64,000 nt of DNA from Macrostomum lignano (Eukaryota), in NCBI GenBank assembly GCA_002269645.1, contig NIVC01001236.1:15494-79493 (forward strand). The letters are read 5' to 3'. The notes below the pieces were generated by a model. That model had not been told where the DNA came from and searched no databases. It worked only from the letters and a program-made list of their open reading frames with translations. Within the stretch, counting starts at the first letter, position 1. Each line of letters begins with the position of its first letter. The translations under genes were made by a program, and so were the position numbers. Below, in pieces: positions 62,921 through 64,000 of this stretch.

Positions 62921-64000
62921 TTGACCGGGAGGACAGCGTCCGGGCAGCTCCGCCGACCGTAGGCGAAGCACCCTGGTGCTGATGCAGGTGGACGAAAGCA
63001 TATTATGAGATTCTTTGGTCCCTGCATCAGTGAATTTGTATTTTATATTATCGTTTGAAATAATACATTAAAAGTTCAGAAAAATTCACTCTGCAATTTA
63101 AGGCAATGCTTTTTGACATTATTGCGTCTTGATGACTCATCAAACAAATTTATAATTGAAGGATAGACATTCATAACAAAATAAAAACAGAAAATCGGTC
63201 ATTAACAATACAAAGCGATCAAAGAACTTGATTTATGCATAAATTTTTGTTTTAACAGTCGTCTTTGTCTCAGCATGGTCCTTTGATAGTATAATAATTG
63301 CATGAAGATAAAAATTATAATCTGTTAATCATTTTTTATAAATGTAGCCATACAAAAACACAAAACTCTTGACTGTTACAAAATATTTGTCATGTATGAG
63401 CAAAATTAAAGAATATCTGTAAAAGCAGCATAAATAAATAGATTAATTTAATAACCAATATGTATATATATAAGCAAATATATATTTATTTAAATATGAA
63501 TTAATTTTGAGAATCACGTATCAAACTATTATTTTCTTCGTGCTCGTTTAAACTGCAATATATGCAAACCTGGTGGTGCTTGTTTTGTAAAAAAAACCTC
63601 GACAATTATTACAAGTTAAAAGTACACGAGAGAAATTCCCTAAAAATTAGTACAAAATAAGATATTTAATACCAAATTCAAGAAGGTAGGCTTGTAAAAT
63701 TCACGAAAGCAGACTACCTCCGTTCCTTATTCTTTCCAACCACAGATACTAGAATAACTAGATGGGCCACCCAGGCATATATACTTAGAAAACAGCTCTC
63801 TACTTTCATTTCAGTAGCAAAGAAGAATACATAAGCTATTTTATAAAAATAAAGTCAGCTGAAATGACTTTCGATAAGTTTAGAATTACAAGCTTGCAGA
63901 CGTAACAACTTGCTAATTGGTTCAGCCATAATGTACATTAGCAGTCAATGTACATTAGCCAAATTAAATGAGCCTTGGCTTTAAAATACATTAAATGCTT

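Overview
Eukaryotic (metazoan) genomic DNA with GC-rich exons and introns packed with tandem repeats. The style suggests an invertebrate such as a flatworm (e.g. Macrostomum), which is inference only. Four spliced genes can be reconstructed by hand. (1) Nup50 on the minus strand, 3' end outside the window. (2) A two-exon minus-strand gene (7891-8230) for an 86-aa secreted prepro-peptide with six cysteines in a defensin/mytilin-like pattern. The ORF track misses it because of a 79-nt intron, and it is the best novelty candidate. (3) An ARID3/dead ringer transcription factor on the minus strand (6 coding exons, 638 aa, 9556-42197). Its ARID domain is split by a 24-kb intron holding an ~18.7-kb higher-order satellite and several minisatellites. 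(4) A highly divergent ionotropic glutamate receptor-like gene on the plus strand (10 exons, 51594-62920) with an altered M3 gate, no S1 ligand-binding Arg, a GC-AG intron and a 1-nt frameshift. One of its introns holds a decayed Ty3/Gypsy element that itself carries a 103-bp insertion flanked by a 13-bp target-site duplication. Two tRNA-derived SINE copies are also present. Almost all long ORFs in the supplied track are artefacts of tandem repeats.
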